DNA of 64,000 nt, taken from the NCBI RefSeq assembly GCF_964355755.1, contig NC_092677.1, forward strand, positions 6,160,101 through 6,224,100. The letters are read 5' to 3'. Numbering within the stretch: the first letter of the stretch is position 1; each line of letters opens with the position of its first letter. This DNA comes from Antedon mediterranea. Taxonomy: Eukaryota > Animalia > Echinodermata. Of this stretch, positions 12,091 through 24,241 are shown one piece after another. A program made the translations under genes and the position numbers. The notes below the pieces were generated by a model. The model was not told where the DNA came from, ran no database searches, and saw only the letters and a list, made by a program, of their open reading frames with translations.

Positions 12091-15000
12091 TCAGCTTTGT
12101 GTCAAAACTTGTGCCTTAAGCCTTTCTATTTCCAATATTTGTTTCTCAATTATAGAATCCTTGTCCTGAATCTCTCTCTTTAAGCATTTTATCAACTGGC
12201 AGAAAAAGAAAGAAAAAAGTAAATCATGAAATTCCTGAGTCGATGTAAATTAGCAGTTGAGTGTTACAAATGTATCCATTCTGGTACTAAACTAAAGCAC
12301 AATTGTAATAAAAAATTTTGACAATACAGCACTTCTACCATTCTATGATATCCATAACTATTTCTATTCTCCTAGGCCTTCAAAGAGAACCAAATCTTAT
12401 CTGAATCATAAGACTTGTTTTGAAGACTTTGTTAAAATGAACAGACTATATCTTGTTTATTTTGTGAATGGATTGTCTCCTATTTGAGACAGTGATTAGG
12501 CTTCCTTATTTACCTCATCTTTTGACATAAACAGCTTTCCTTTCTTCAAATCATCAGCACTGGGGCGCATTTCTGGATTCAGGGATGTTAACTCTTCAAT
12601 CATTTTAGACTGAAAATACATCGATGACTAATTATAGTACTTTCTTTAAAATGTATAAAATATCATCTTTGGTGTTATCAAAGAATTGTGTGTGTGAGTT
12701 ATTCTAAATAGAATTTCATTTAGTCTGTATGTAATATCACTTTTACATCACACCATAAAAAATGCAAGGTACAGTCAGTCAAAAAGTAGTTCAAAAAATG
12801 GTTGTAAGGCTTTAAAGTTAATAGCAATTTGCAAAAAAAAGTATTTAGTCCATCAGAAATCATATTAGCCAGTCGATCGAAGTAGTCGGGTCAGTCAGAT
12901 AGCATAGTTGGGTGGCATGCAGGCTGGTGGGATGTTAGAAAGTAAAGCAGGGGCGGATCCAGGAAGTATGGCCATGTGCTTGCCTATTTCTACAGATCTA
13001 TATTGACAGACAACTGTATTAATCAGTAGATTGACTCTCTGACATGAGTGTTAATTTACCTCATCAGGCCATCTTCTCCTGAGCTCAGTGTGAATTGTTC
13101 CCTCATCCCTAAGAGTTTTTAAACATTTAGCTTTCTCCATCTGGCTCTTGAAAGGGTGGTGCAACTCAAAACAAATCACTCCAAAACTATACATATCAGA
13201 CTAAAAAAATAAATAAATTCAATGTTATAACAATGGAACAAGGTGGTTACATACAGTAAACATTAAAAAGATACACTTACCTTATGGTCATAGGTTCTTC
13301 CACATAGTTGTTCTGGTGACGCATAAGTGCAAGTACCAATGTCAGTTGTGAGCTTACTTGTAGAAATTACAACTTCACCTAAGATATAACAAAACACTCT
13401 TGAATTTTCTCTTAATTGTACCTGTTAAATTTTCTTTTCGGTAGTCTGATATTTATTTATCACGTTGAAAATCCGGTTCTTGTCAGATCACCGAAGTTAA
13501 TTAAGCAACGTTGGGCCTGGTTAGAGCTTGGATAGGAGACCATCTGGGAATATTGGGTGCTGTATATGGGTCCCATTTATGGCAGCCGCTGTATATAGTA
13601 TCTGCCTTGGACATATTGGCCCATGCCATGCCCACATTTGGTTTATACTTGAGCAGTTTTTTGTATGCCAAATAAGAAATTGAGCCCTGATTTCATTTCT
13701 CGTAGAGAATGCACAAATCTTCATGAACTTACTAAGTTGGTTACGTAGTTCCCCTATAGGTGTAACAGGGTCTTGATGCTTCTCAGCTATGAATTCACGT
13801 GCTAATCCAAAGTCACCAATACAAACATGAAATTCTATTTCATTACCATCAAGAAATATGTTTTTTGGCTACAAAATTAATAATAAAAATGTAATACATA
13901 CTGTTATCAATAACATTACCTGTAATTATAAATACTTCATAGTAAGAGGAAATAGTTTCACATTACTGTATACCTACAGTATGTCTATGGTATACCATAC
14001 AGATCAGTACCAATTTCACAATTATTGCTAAAGTTCATGTTTCATCTAATTTCCTCTCAAATATATACCATATATTAGATACTTACAGTCAGATCCCTGT
14101 GCAACAAATTCTTGTTATGTATGTAGCAAATACCTTCTACCATTTGATTGAATATATTTTGCACAACAAAATCATCCACAATGGAGAAAACATCTGGAAA
14201 AAAAAACAGTAAGAAAAATATTGATAATAATGACATGAACTTTAGGATATGAAAGTTTTTCAGTGTGTTCGCACATATGCGTAATACATTTCTTGTTAAT
14301 CCAGACTTCAGCTGTAAGCTCAATCATCAAATGTTTTATATTAAGCTAAGAATAGCCAATTCAACAAGGTTATAAAGTGGTAAATCACAAACCAATTACT
14401 CAGTAATAATTCTGCTCTTTCAGTATTGATTTTGTAATTGAATTACACTTAAATCAAATATTAAATGTTTTATACCACATCCTTCCATTGGTTCCCGATC
14501 ATTTCTTTCTTCTAACCATTCACCTAATGTTTTACTGCAGAGTTCCATCTGAATGTACAAAATTACCCTGGATTTCTGTAAAGCAATCAATTTGTAAAAA
14601 TGTTTAGAAATATTTAGTAAGACAGTGTCTAAACTGACAGATGGGGTCATGTTAAGCTAAAGGTGCACTCATATTAATAATGTATGGATTACTTTTATTT
14701 TTATGTGAAGCGCATAGAGGCTTTGTCCATTATGCGCTTAAAAGTCCAAATTTATTTTTGATTATTATTATAATGTACTACTATACTTAGATCAGAATTT
14801 TTGTTTTGGTTCTGTGTGGGAAGTGTTCAAACAATACAGTACCTGAAATTCTGAAGTGTGATGATGACCTTGTCTCGAGCTGCTCTTTTCTTCCTTCCTC
14901 GCACCCATGCAAGCTGTGCTACTAATGCTACAATGGTCAAGGGACTTGAAACATTTGTCTTGGTGTCTACATTCCTCAAACCTTACTGTCTTTGATTTTT

Positions 15001-18000
15001 CAAAATTAAACTCTTGCTCAGATTTTAATACATTAAATGAACCAAAGTTGCCACACAACTTTAGTCCATTTGTTTCCTCAGATGAGGACATAATTTCAGT
15101 TTTATTAACAACAGACGAAGTAGTATGTTTTGAAACATACGAGTGAATGTTTTCTCCAGAGTACTCTTCAATGAAATCTACAGAAAATTCCTCCTCTTTG
15201 TAAGTTGAACTTTCCGTAATTAAAACAGAGTTTGATTGCTTTGATGAAGTGGCATGGGGATATGCACATGTCTCAATATCAGATAATCTATTGCCATATG
15301 TAATCTGAACATCTCCCTCGTCAATGTCTTCCTCAATATTAGGAGTGTAGTTGATTTCACAATCATCTTCCATTATTTCATTTGTAACATCTTTGATAAT
15401 GCAGCTTCTTGTCTCTGTTCTAGTCACATTGGAAATTGTTTCAGTTTCAAAATCATCGCTGGAAGAACTTTCTTGCCTATTAAATCTGAAAAGGGGAAAA
15501 TTCCATTTAAATATATTAATGTAAATTATAGACCTAAAAAAATAACAATAGAGACAATATGTTCAATAGAACTTGAACCCAGTCAGCCATTTTGTGCAAT
15601 CATGACAATGGATAAACTATGTTATATCTTATGTCTCTCTTGCAGTTGACTGGGTAATTAGGAGATTTAAAATAAGTCTTTAGATGGATGTCCACGCCCA
15701 ACTTACACAGTGTTGACAGGATACTCTATAGCAGGTAATTTACTTCTTTGATTGGTCTCAGACGATTGGTGGTCAATCCAAGCTGTGTTATACCTCACTA
15801 TATTTTGATGCTGCAAACGGGCTAACAAGTGTACTTCCCGGATAACCTACAAGAGAACAATTTTAATACACAATAAAGTTAAACGCTTGAAATATCTGTT
15901 GTAAATTAACTGTATTAACAAAAAACCGGTTGTAATTTTCTAAAGGATTGATTTAATTGAAATAACTTTTATAGTTCATTCATGTTGTAGAACTTTTATA
16001 AAGTTGACTCCTGTTAGACAGACAATTGTGGTTTATATTCAAACAAAATAGTACCTGTCAGCTTTACCTTTTCATAAAATTCCTTGTCCGTATCTTTAAG
16101 CTTAATTTTCTTTATTGCATATTCTTGATTGTCTAGAATACTTCTCACCTGGAAATGAAATTAAAGTTATGAAGTTTGAACAGAGGAATTTTGCTTAGAG
16201 AAGGTACTGGGTTAGCGCTTGAGAGCGATAGTATTGTTAAAAATAGAACTATTATGATTATAATTTATTGAATAAATGTGAAAATATGATTTGAAAATGA
16301 CTAACTGTATGATGAATGATACAGTAGTATAAATGTCATACAGTACTGCTTTCCCCTACCTTGTAAACACTGCCAAAACCACCACTACCAATACGTTCCA
16401 ACTCCTCAAAATCTTTCTTGTACCTTGAAATCAGTGGTGGCATTTGCATATGAACGTTATTGGTAAAAAGTGGATAATGCATAGGGCTAGGGTTGGCAAG
16501 AATGGCCTTTCTTATCTGATCTTGGACTCCAGATGAAGGCAGTGATAGATACCTCTCCTAATAAAATTTAACAAAGAAATTTATAATAAAATTAATAAAC
16601 ACTCAAAATAACAAGGCCATATACATGGATGCAGTCGCATGTTAAAATTTAAGTTGGTGTTTACCAACCAACCGACATAGTGAGCTGTAAGAAGGCAAGG
16701 GGATGTTATAATCATCTTGTTGCATGGGGAGAAATGTGGTTCATTATAATTAGCATATAATGTAGTCTACTGTAGGCTAATGTGTTAATCATCAGTAGGT
16801 CTACAATATGGCATATCTGTACCTGGATTTTAGGAATCTTTTTATTTTATTGGGGTTACAGTATATGGAAGTATATTAAGTGGTTTTATGAGGGTTCCAT
16901 GCAAATTCTTGGAAATGTGACATACAAACTTTACCTCTGAATTTGCTTGAGATGCAATCAGTGCGGTGTTCATGAACTTTTTAATTGCCAGTCTATAATT
17001 TAATCTAACTTGTTTGAACTCGTCATGAGTTGTCGTTTCAGGAATCATCTAATTTAAAAAGCAATATTGAAAACAATATTAATTCACAAAACCACATTTA
17101 ACTCTCGCCACATTGTTGCTTGTATCCTTAGGCAAGATACTTTACTTACATTTTCCAGGCCTCCCAGGTGTATAAATGGGAACCCGGTTAGATCAAGACA
17201 CAACTTTGCGCTGATTACTAGCTGCATTATGGGAGTATGTTTCCATTACATAAAGTTCAAAGATCAAAAAGTAAATTAACAAACTCAGGAATCAGGATTA
17301 GATTTAAAACAGGGAGAGGTGGCAGGCCCTAAAACTTGTGAAAATACTAAGTGCTGAACTTAATTCGATGTCCTATCTTTTACATTATACTTGAAAATGA
17401 ATTAACCCCCCATACCTTGACGGTTGACAAATACCCGCTAAACACTTTGAATAGACGTTTTTGCTGATTCTCATCTTTAGAATAGCAGGAACACAACTCC
17501 TCCAACAGGGACACCAGCAACATTTCATTTGGAATCCTGCGCAATAAGGCCTGTGTTTCTGGTGTTTCACTGGAGGAAGAACTCTCAGTATCTAAACAAA
17601 TGAAAACAGTGGTTTTGAGTCAATTGATATTGTCTATCAAGCTATCAAACTAATCGCATGTGGAAAGTACCGATTATCCTGTGAAAGATTGTTACAACTT
17701 CTACATCATCATCAGCACATTATTTAATATGTTCTTATCACTTTGTTGTGCCTCTTGATCAATACCATCAGCAAGGTTAAATTTGGGGGTGCTGGTCAAC
17801 CCGTACCCAAACCAACCCGTACCCATGCCAACTCGTACCCAACTTGGCTAACCCGTACCCAAATAATTGGTCAACTCGTACCCACTTTGGCTAACCCGTA
17901 CCCAAACCAACCCGTACCCATGCCAACTCGTACCTAAATATTTGGCTTACTCGTACCCAAGTATTTGGCTTACTCGTACCCATTTTTTGGCTTACCCGTA

Positions 18001-20579
18001 CCCATTTTTGGCTTACTCGTACCCATCATTATTTGGCCTACTCGTACCCAATTTGAATAATTACTTGTAATGATTTGATCGGCGCAAAACTAGTGGTATG
18101 CTTTTGCCGTATGAATATTTTTATATTTAAATGGTTTTTTATTTTACAGGTCTCGGTGAAATGTGTGCTAATAAAAATGACCATTGATTTGATTGTAGAC
18201 TTCGTTTAATTAGGCATATATTTGTTAACATTTATTTAAATCTAGTATTATAGTTTTATAAACGTATGTTTGATGTGTCTTTTTTATTTACGTAAGAGAA
18301 CATTAATTAATAAAAAAAATATTTTAACTGTTGTATAGTTAGTATTACAATTCAATTAAGCCCAGGTAAAGTACCAACAACGTATAATTATTATACTTAT
18401 CAATTTTTATTCTTTTATTATATTCTAATTATCTTCCCTGATTACATTCGATCAAGTAATTATTTCTATTGTATTTGGTATATTTAAAATTGGTTGAATT
18501 AACAACACCCTGTTTTAAGCAAAAAGCCTGCCGGGCTATGGGGTCGAATTACTCGTAGATTTCGTGTTTCTGACCGGGATTAACCTTTTATTATAAAAAA
18601 CACGCATTTATAGGGCCGGCGTCAAAGAGACGACTTAGTAATGACGTATGATCATTTTCCATATATTTTATTTATTAATAATTCAGTGAAATGATCATAT
18701 ACACGTACTGTCGTACTGTAGCCTAAGGCAATTAAACATTTTGGCAGATTTTCTTCTATAACAGCTACGTGTTTTTGCTGAATGGGGATTCCTCTTTATT
18801 ATTAAAAAAAAACGCATTTGTACGGGTCCATTTGTAGTGTGTCCAAAAATAGGCAACGCAATGTGGCGTATGATCGTTTTCTATTTATTTTTTTTCTTAA
18901 ATAATTCAGTAAAATTATCTGTTTGTTTACGGTAATTAAACATTTTTGGTAGATGTTTCCTCAATAACTTACATCTACGTGTTTTTGCTGACGAGGGATT
19001 CCCTTTAAAAAAAAAATACGCATTCTATAATGTGTCAAATAAGACAAATGAAATGAACTACGATCGTTTTTCCATGGCAACGGATGTCGTCTTATTTACT
19101 AAAATAATATAAACGTTCTGAAGGCCTACCTACACGTGTCTGAGTACTTACGTATCTGTCAGCGATAAGATGATTTTTTAAAGTTTTAGTAGTATTTATT
19201 TCGGTTTTTAGTCATAATAATACAGTAAAAATCATTATAAAATGAAAACGTAATAACAGCAAATGTCGTCGTTTGTAATTAAATGTTAAATTATTGGAGG
19301 TTAGTACAGTAGTTACCTTTTATTATTACTCTCACATCGTCATTGTATACTAGATAAACGGCAATAATCTAATCTACTACTAAATGCTCATAGCAGCAAT
19401 GAGGCTGGTATCCACTTAAATAGTTTCGTGATTTTAAAATACGAGTGACTATTTAAAAATGTATTAAATATTTTCGAAATGTTAAAACAGTTTAATATTT
19501 TCCAAAACTTGCAAAACAAAACAACAAAAACCATTCGTTTTAAAACGATTTTCAAAAAGCACATTACTTCATTATCTGTAAAATAAAATGAAAATACAAA
19601 TTATGTATAAAAGATATTCATGTTTACTTTTAATAATTCAAGTTTTCATCATCACAGACTAGTGGGTATTTCAATGTCCATGTACTACTATTCGTAGAAA
19701 ATAATAGATTAATAACTCATAAATGAAAAAAAAATAGAATGCAGCACAGCCGACCACTGACATCTTCCACAGAGCCATATAAAACAGCGCCCTCAAGTAT
19801 TAACTTTACCAAATACGACGTACGCAAATACGATGAAAGCTGTGCTTTTTTCGTACGAGTCTGTACATATTATTATACATTTTAGGTCAATAGTTTTTGC
19901 CATTATAATATCGAACATATGATTGGTATCTAAAAATTTAATAAAACTGGGTTTAAATGTAATATAAATATACTTTAAATAGCATTAAACTTGGGTACGG
20001 GCCAGCCAATGATGGGTACGGGTCAGCCAATGATGGGTACGGGTCAGCCAAAATGTTGGGTACGAGTAAGCCAAAATTTGGGTACGAGTTGGTGGGTACG
20101 AGTTGGCATGGGTACGGGTTGACCTGTATTCTAAATTTGGTACCAAGAATGGTACACATGAAAACACTCCAGGCCAGCCTAACTAAATATGTATACTGTT
20201 TAGTCTGCAAATAATGTTAGGGAGACTTATTAAATACAGTAGGCATAGGCAATAGCTACTTACCACCAGTATTAACCTTTTCCATTGCAATAATTTGTTA
20301 AAATTCACAGGTAATTAGAATCTGTCGGTTTATAATACTGAAACCTTTTTAGCAATTTGGAATTTCCCAGCATTTTATACTTTATTTCAGCAATCAAAAA
20401 CAGTATTACATTGTATTTATGCTATTTACTTAATACATGTTACAAGTTCAAGGTTGTTCAATGCATAGTAACAATAACATGTCAAATAAGTTTAGAAGTT
20501 TATTTGTAGACTAACCATCAAAATTTGAAATTGTAACTGGTGGGGATAATAATTTACTGTTTTTTCTTGATGGGTCCAT
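12091..20579 (-). CDS. EIF2AK1: eIF2-alpha kinase, HRI-like, about 732 aa
   Basis: Exons 20579-20516, 17591-17416, 17048-16935, 16557-16360, 16148-16068, 15846-15707, 15485-14843, 14575-14476, 14193-14087, 13868-13733, 13378-13281, 13200-13060, 12609-12514, 12195-12091. Motifs: HRI-type NEMLLVSLLEEL, SRYKKDFEELERIGSGGFG, YAIKKI, RYNTAWID, long kinase insert, LYIQMELC, HRDLTPKN, DFG, GTCTYASPEQ, C-terminal coiled coil. Confidence 0.92.
13458..13565 (+). pseudogene. 5S rRNA-derived pseudogene or SINE3-like head in HRI intron
   Basis: atcacgttgaaaatccggttcttgtcagatcaccgaagttaa(ttaa)gcaacgttgggcctggttagagcttggataggagaccatctgggaatattgggtgctgta is near full-length 5S with a 4-bp insertion and no oligo-T terminator. 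Confidence 0.8.
17100..17245 (+). mobile_element. SINE core fragment
   Basis: gtatccttaggcaagatactttac...cccaggtgtataaatgggaacccgg resembles conserved invertebrate SINE cores. Its tail tgcattatgggagtatgttt recurs at about 60358, followed by a gcgctataaat...attatta end. Confidence 0.5.
17787..20131. mobile_element. Foldback/MULE-type non-autonomous element in HRI intron
   Basis: Inverted arrays of (c/t)cgtaccca subterminal repeats at about 17794-18050 and 19990-20124. 9-bp TSD taaatttgg at 17778-17786 and 20132-20140. G...C termini. Internal degenerate repeats of about 200 bp at about 18550-19080. Confidence 0.85.
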
Positions 20580-21229
20580 ATTGTATTATCTAGAAAAAAA
20601 TGTTCATATCCAAATTATTTGATAATGTAGATGGTACAAAATTCAACAAATATACTATGGATGATGCTATATTATTGATATATTATATTGTTAATCTTTT
20701 TTTCATGTTTCAAAATTAGAGTAAATAATATATACTATACATTCTATGAATTTTAACAATATCTTTTCTCTGTGATAATTATTTTCATTTTATCCATCCT
20801 GTAATAAAGGTTGAGAAAGAACATACTGTCTAATCATGGAGTACGGTCTAATACAGTAATTATAATATAGTAAAAAGGCTTTTGTTGTGGCCTATAATTA
20901 TTGATTTCAATCATAGATACATTATCCATAATCTAGTATAATAATAGAGGTAGGCCGTATGCCTACTATTTTTATAGTAGGCCTCTACTAAACTGATGAT
21001 GGGACATCCCTACTTAACTACTAACCAATCAACTATAAATACTAGCCTAGGGCTAGGCCTATTAGGCTACTCAGTAGGCCTAACTAACTAGCCTCATACT
21101 ATACCTATGCCTACCATTTGATTAAGTGTAAAGTATTGGACCGGTTAAAAAATGATGAAATTTCACACTTTCCGCGACCGCGATGCAGATCTTGTTCAGT
21201 CAGGCCCTTCTTCCATGGAGCAGCATGCT

Positions 21230-21621
21230 GCTGTTGTTGTTTTTCTTCTCTCTCCCCGTGTGTCTCTCGCCTGAGCTGGATATAAATAATAATGTTTATT
21301 ATCTACTACATACCGATGAAGAATGAATGTAGTTTTTATTCTATAAAGAACGGTTCAAAAGATAAATGTTAGGCTACTGTACACCATTACATAGTATTAA
21401 CCGTAGGGGCTATTTTGGCCCTAAATAAATAGAAAACAGGCACTATCCAGGCGCAAACAACAACACAACAGTCAAAAGCATGGATGTCACTCTCTGTCAC
21501 ACTTGGCTGGTTGCCAAACTACTGCTGCAAGAAGCGTGACACACACACGTCACGTGACCTATATAAAATTATTTTTTTCGTTCTGGCCGTTTGAGGGCGG
21601 GCGCCACATTATTGATGGAAA
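21230..21621. promoter_or_regulatory. Probable bidirectional promoter EIF2AK1/MED10
   Basis: Head-to-head genes. Palindromic E-box GTCACGTGAC at 21549-21558, TATA-like tatataaa at about 21560, GC box gggcgggcg at about 21595. Confidence 0.55.
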
Positions 21622-23238
21622 ATGGCCGAAAAATTTGATGTTTTGTCCGAAAGTCTCGAAAGATTTATCGAGAATACACGTCAACTTGGAATAATAGTGG
21701 CAGATTTTCCACCACAAGGTCAAAATACACTGAGTCAAAAACTGTATGTTTATTAGATATGTAAATTTAGCGTTACATGTAACGAAGTAGAGGCTAGCCA
21801 AGCTAGGCCTAGCTAGTACTAGTAGGCTAGTGTAGCCTAACTTAACTAGCTAGGCCTACTAGGCTATGAGGAGTAGCCTACTAGGCCTAGGTAGGGCGGC
21901 TACTATATGCCGGCGTCGTGTGTGAAAACTTGAGGCCTGGCCCCAACTTGAGGAGGAAGTACTAGGCGATAGGCTAGGCCCAGTTATTAATGGTTTATTA
22001 CTGTAACTGTCTGTAGGCCTAGAGTGTATACAGACTAACTTGTCTTATTACTAGGCCTAGCTAGGCCCTAACTAGTTAGGCTAAGTGTATGAATAATGAT
22101 AATTAATAAATAGGCCTAGAGATATTATAAAAAATAGTTGTAATTTAATATAAAATAAATATATAGGTAAAGGTAGGGCCTAGGCCCTAGGCCTATACTA
22201 TGCTAGATCTAGTTACTACGTCTTAGACTTAGTTAGGCCTACTATTCTAGCTACATTCATATGTACCTATTCTATGGTATGCTGTATGAATGTAGGCTAG
22301 TCAATCTGTACTCTTAATAATTTGTTGGTGTTCTGTACAAATTCTGCTGCAGCTGCTGTACAATTAATTAAAATAATAGTTGGTATTTAATTTATTAAAT
22401 TAATTAATAGTAAAATAAATCTTTTTCTTTCTGTTTAGCCATGTAATGGTAACAGGTTTACAAGAACTTGACAAGTTTAAAGCACAAGTACAAGATGTCC
22501 AGGTGCCCATGGAAGTGTTTGAGTAAGTAATTAGTATTATTTTATTTTTAATTTCGCTTGTATTAATAATAATTGAGATGCAGGGCCAACCTTGCCGATA
22601 TAACACAAGGAATTATTAGCCAATACATTTAAGTATGTTTTTATTGTGTAGATATATAGATCAAGGAAAGAACCCACAGTTGTACACTAAAGATTGTATG
22701 GAAAAAGCAATGGTAAAAAATGAACAAGTAAAAGGAAAGATCGATACAATGAGGGTAAGTGTACTTAAGCAGTACTGTAGGCATACTAAACTTGTGCATA
22801 CTTAAGCAGTAGGCATACTGGACTTAGGCATACTTTAACATAGCCATACTGAACTTTGTGTACTTGAACAGTAGTCATACTAGACTTAGTAAATTTAGAT
22901 AGCGTATTAGAACAGTATGCATACTTGAACAGTAGGCATACTTAAACAGTAGGCATACTTAAACAGTAGGCATACTGGACTTGAACAGTATCCATACTGA
23001 ACTTGATGAACAGTCGCCATACTGGACTTAGACGTACTTGAATAGTACTGTAGGCATTTTCTACATGAACAGGCGTTGTATACGTAAACAGTAGGCATAC
23101 TGGACTTATGAATACTTGAACAGTTTAGAAAATTGTTTTCTCTTTCAGAAGTTCAAATCGGTTTTGATGACAGAACTAAGCAAGATGTTTCCAGAAGAAA
23201 TTGACAAATACAAGGAAATCCGTGGGTCTGCAGATTGA
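21622..23238 (+). CDS. MED10: Mediator subunit 10, 132 aa
   Basis: Exons 21622-21743, 22439-22522, 22652-22754, 23149-23238 give MAEKFDVLSESLERFIENTRQLGIIVADF...VPMEVFEYIDQGKNPQLYTKDC...KNEQVKGKIDTMRKFKS... Confidence 0.96.
22758..23125. repeat. Degenerate minisatellite in MED10 intron 3
   Basis: Repeated aggcatact(ggactt)gaacagt-type units. Confidence 0.75.
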
Positions 23239-23604
23239 AGGTCAGAATTGAGACTGCTAAATAGATGTTCTGGAAAGCATGTATTTGTATAACAGATAAT
23301 TGTGCCTTTTGAGCTTAGAACAAGCTGAAGACAGCCTTCAATACAGCCTGCTATTAAAATCATTGAGGCTCCTAAGTGGAATTATGGTGTATACATTAAC
23401 AATTTTACATTGACATGTTTTGATACATAATTTCTCTCCAATCACTTCTAAAATGTCATGATACATTTACAGTAGTCAGTCAATGCATGCAGAATGTTTC
23501 AATGTGTGAACAATTTTGTTGCTAACACAAATTTCCACTAAATAGTGTTCTCACAGTAAACCACAAGTGATCAAGTAATGAGTGTGGTTGTAAGAGAGAA
23601 TATA

Positions 23605-23695
23605 TGCCTCACATAATATGTAATGGTACACGCCTCACATAATATGTAATGGTACACGCCTCACATAATATGTAATGGTGCACGCCTAACATAGT
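23605..23695. repeat. 24-bp tandem repeat, about 3.5 copies
   Basis: gcctcacataatatgtaatggtac repeated. Confidence 0.85.
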
Positions 23696-23748
23696 AATAT
23701 ACTACATTGTATGCTGCCTCACATGGTGTATATACTCAATATACGGAA

Positions 23749-23852
23749 TTTTAGTTCCGTGCAACGCGACTCTACAGCTCACTATGTCGGTCGGTTGGTC
23801 GGTAAGCACTAACTTGAGCACGCGACTGCAGCCATGTATATGGCGCATTGTT
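23749..23852 (+). mobile_element. Helentron/HINE (DINE-1-like) short element
   Basis: T-run start, acgcgact sub-TIR-like motif present twice, (gtcg)n microsatellite, 3' hairpin gccatgtatatggc, then ttgtt. Confidence 0.5.
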
Positions 23853-24241
23853 AAATATATAATAAAGATAGTAAGATAAAGCTGAGAGGGAATGATGGTG
23901 ATTGATCCAGATTTTCAATGCATAAAGATGAAGGCAGCACCAATTATCACGCACCTCATCAAATTTGGAAATACGTTCCGCAACCGTCTTTTCCGTGAGC
24001 AATGATACAATAACTTCTGAAGTTCTACCGAGTAGAGGAAAACCTTGTAATGGTATTAAACGCCACTGTTGTTCCTAACCAATATAGAATGAAATTCACT
24101 AAACACTACTACTAAAAATAATGGAAATTTAAAAACGTGTCTGTATCTGTATTTTATATATTTTTTCCATTGTAAGATTTAAACGTATGACATACAATAT
24201 AAATACCTTTTTTTAATAATATATATAGAAAAATTACGTAA

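Noticed and set aside
11581-13565. Functional 5S rRNA genes
   Set aside because: Truncated or carrying indels, lacking a T-run terminator, and not in tandem.
17743-20210. ORFs rich in TRT/YPY repeats
   Set aside because: Translations of the subterminal tandem repeats of the foldback element.
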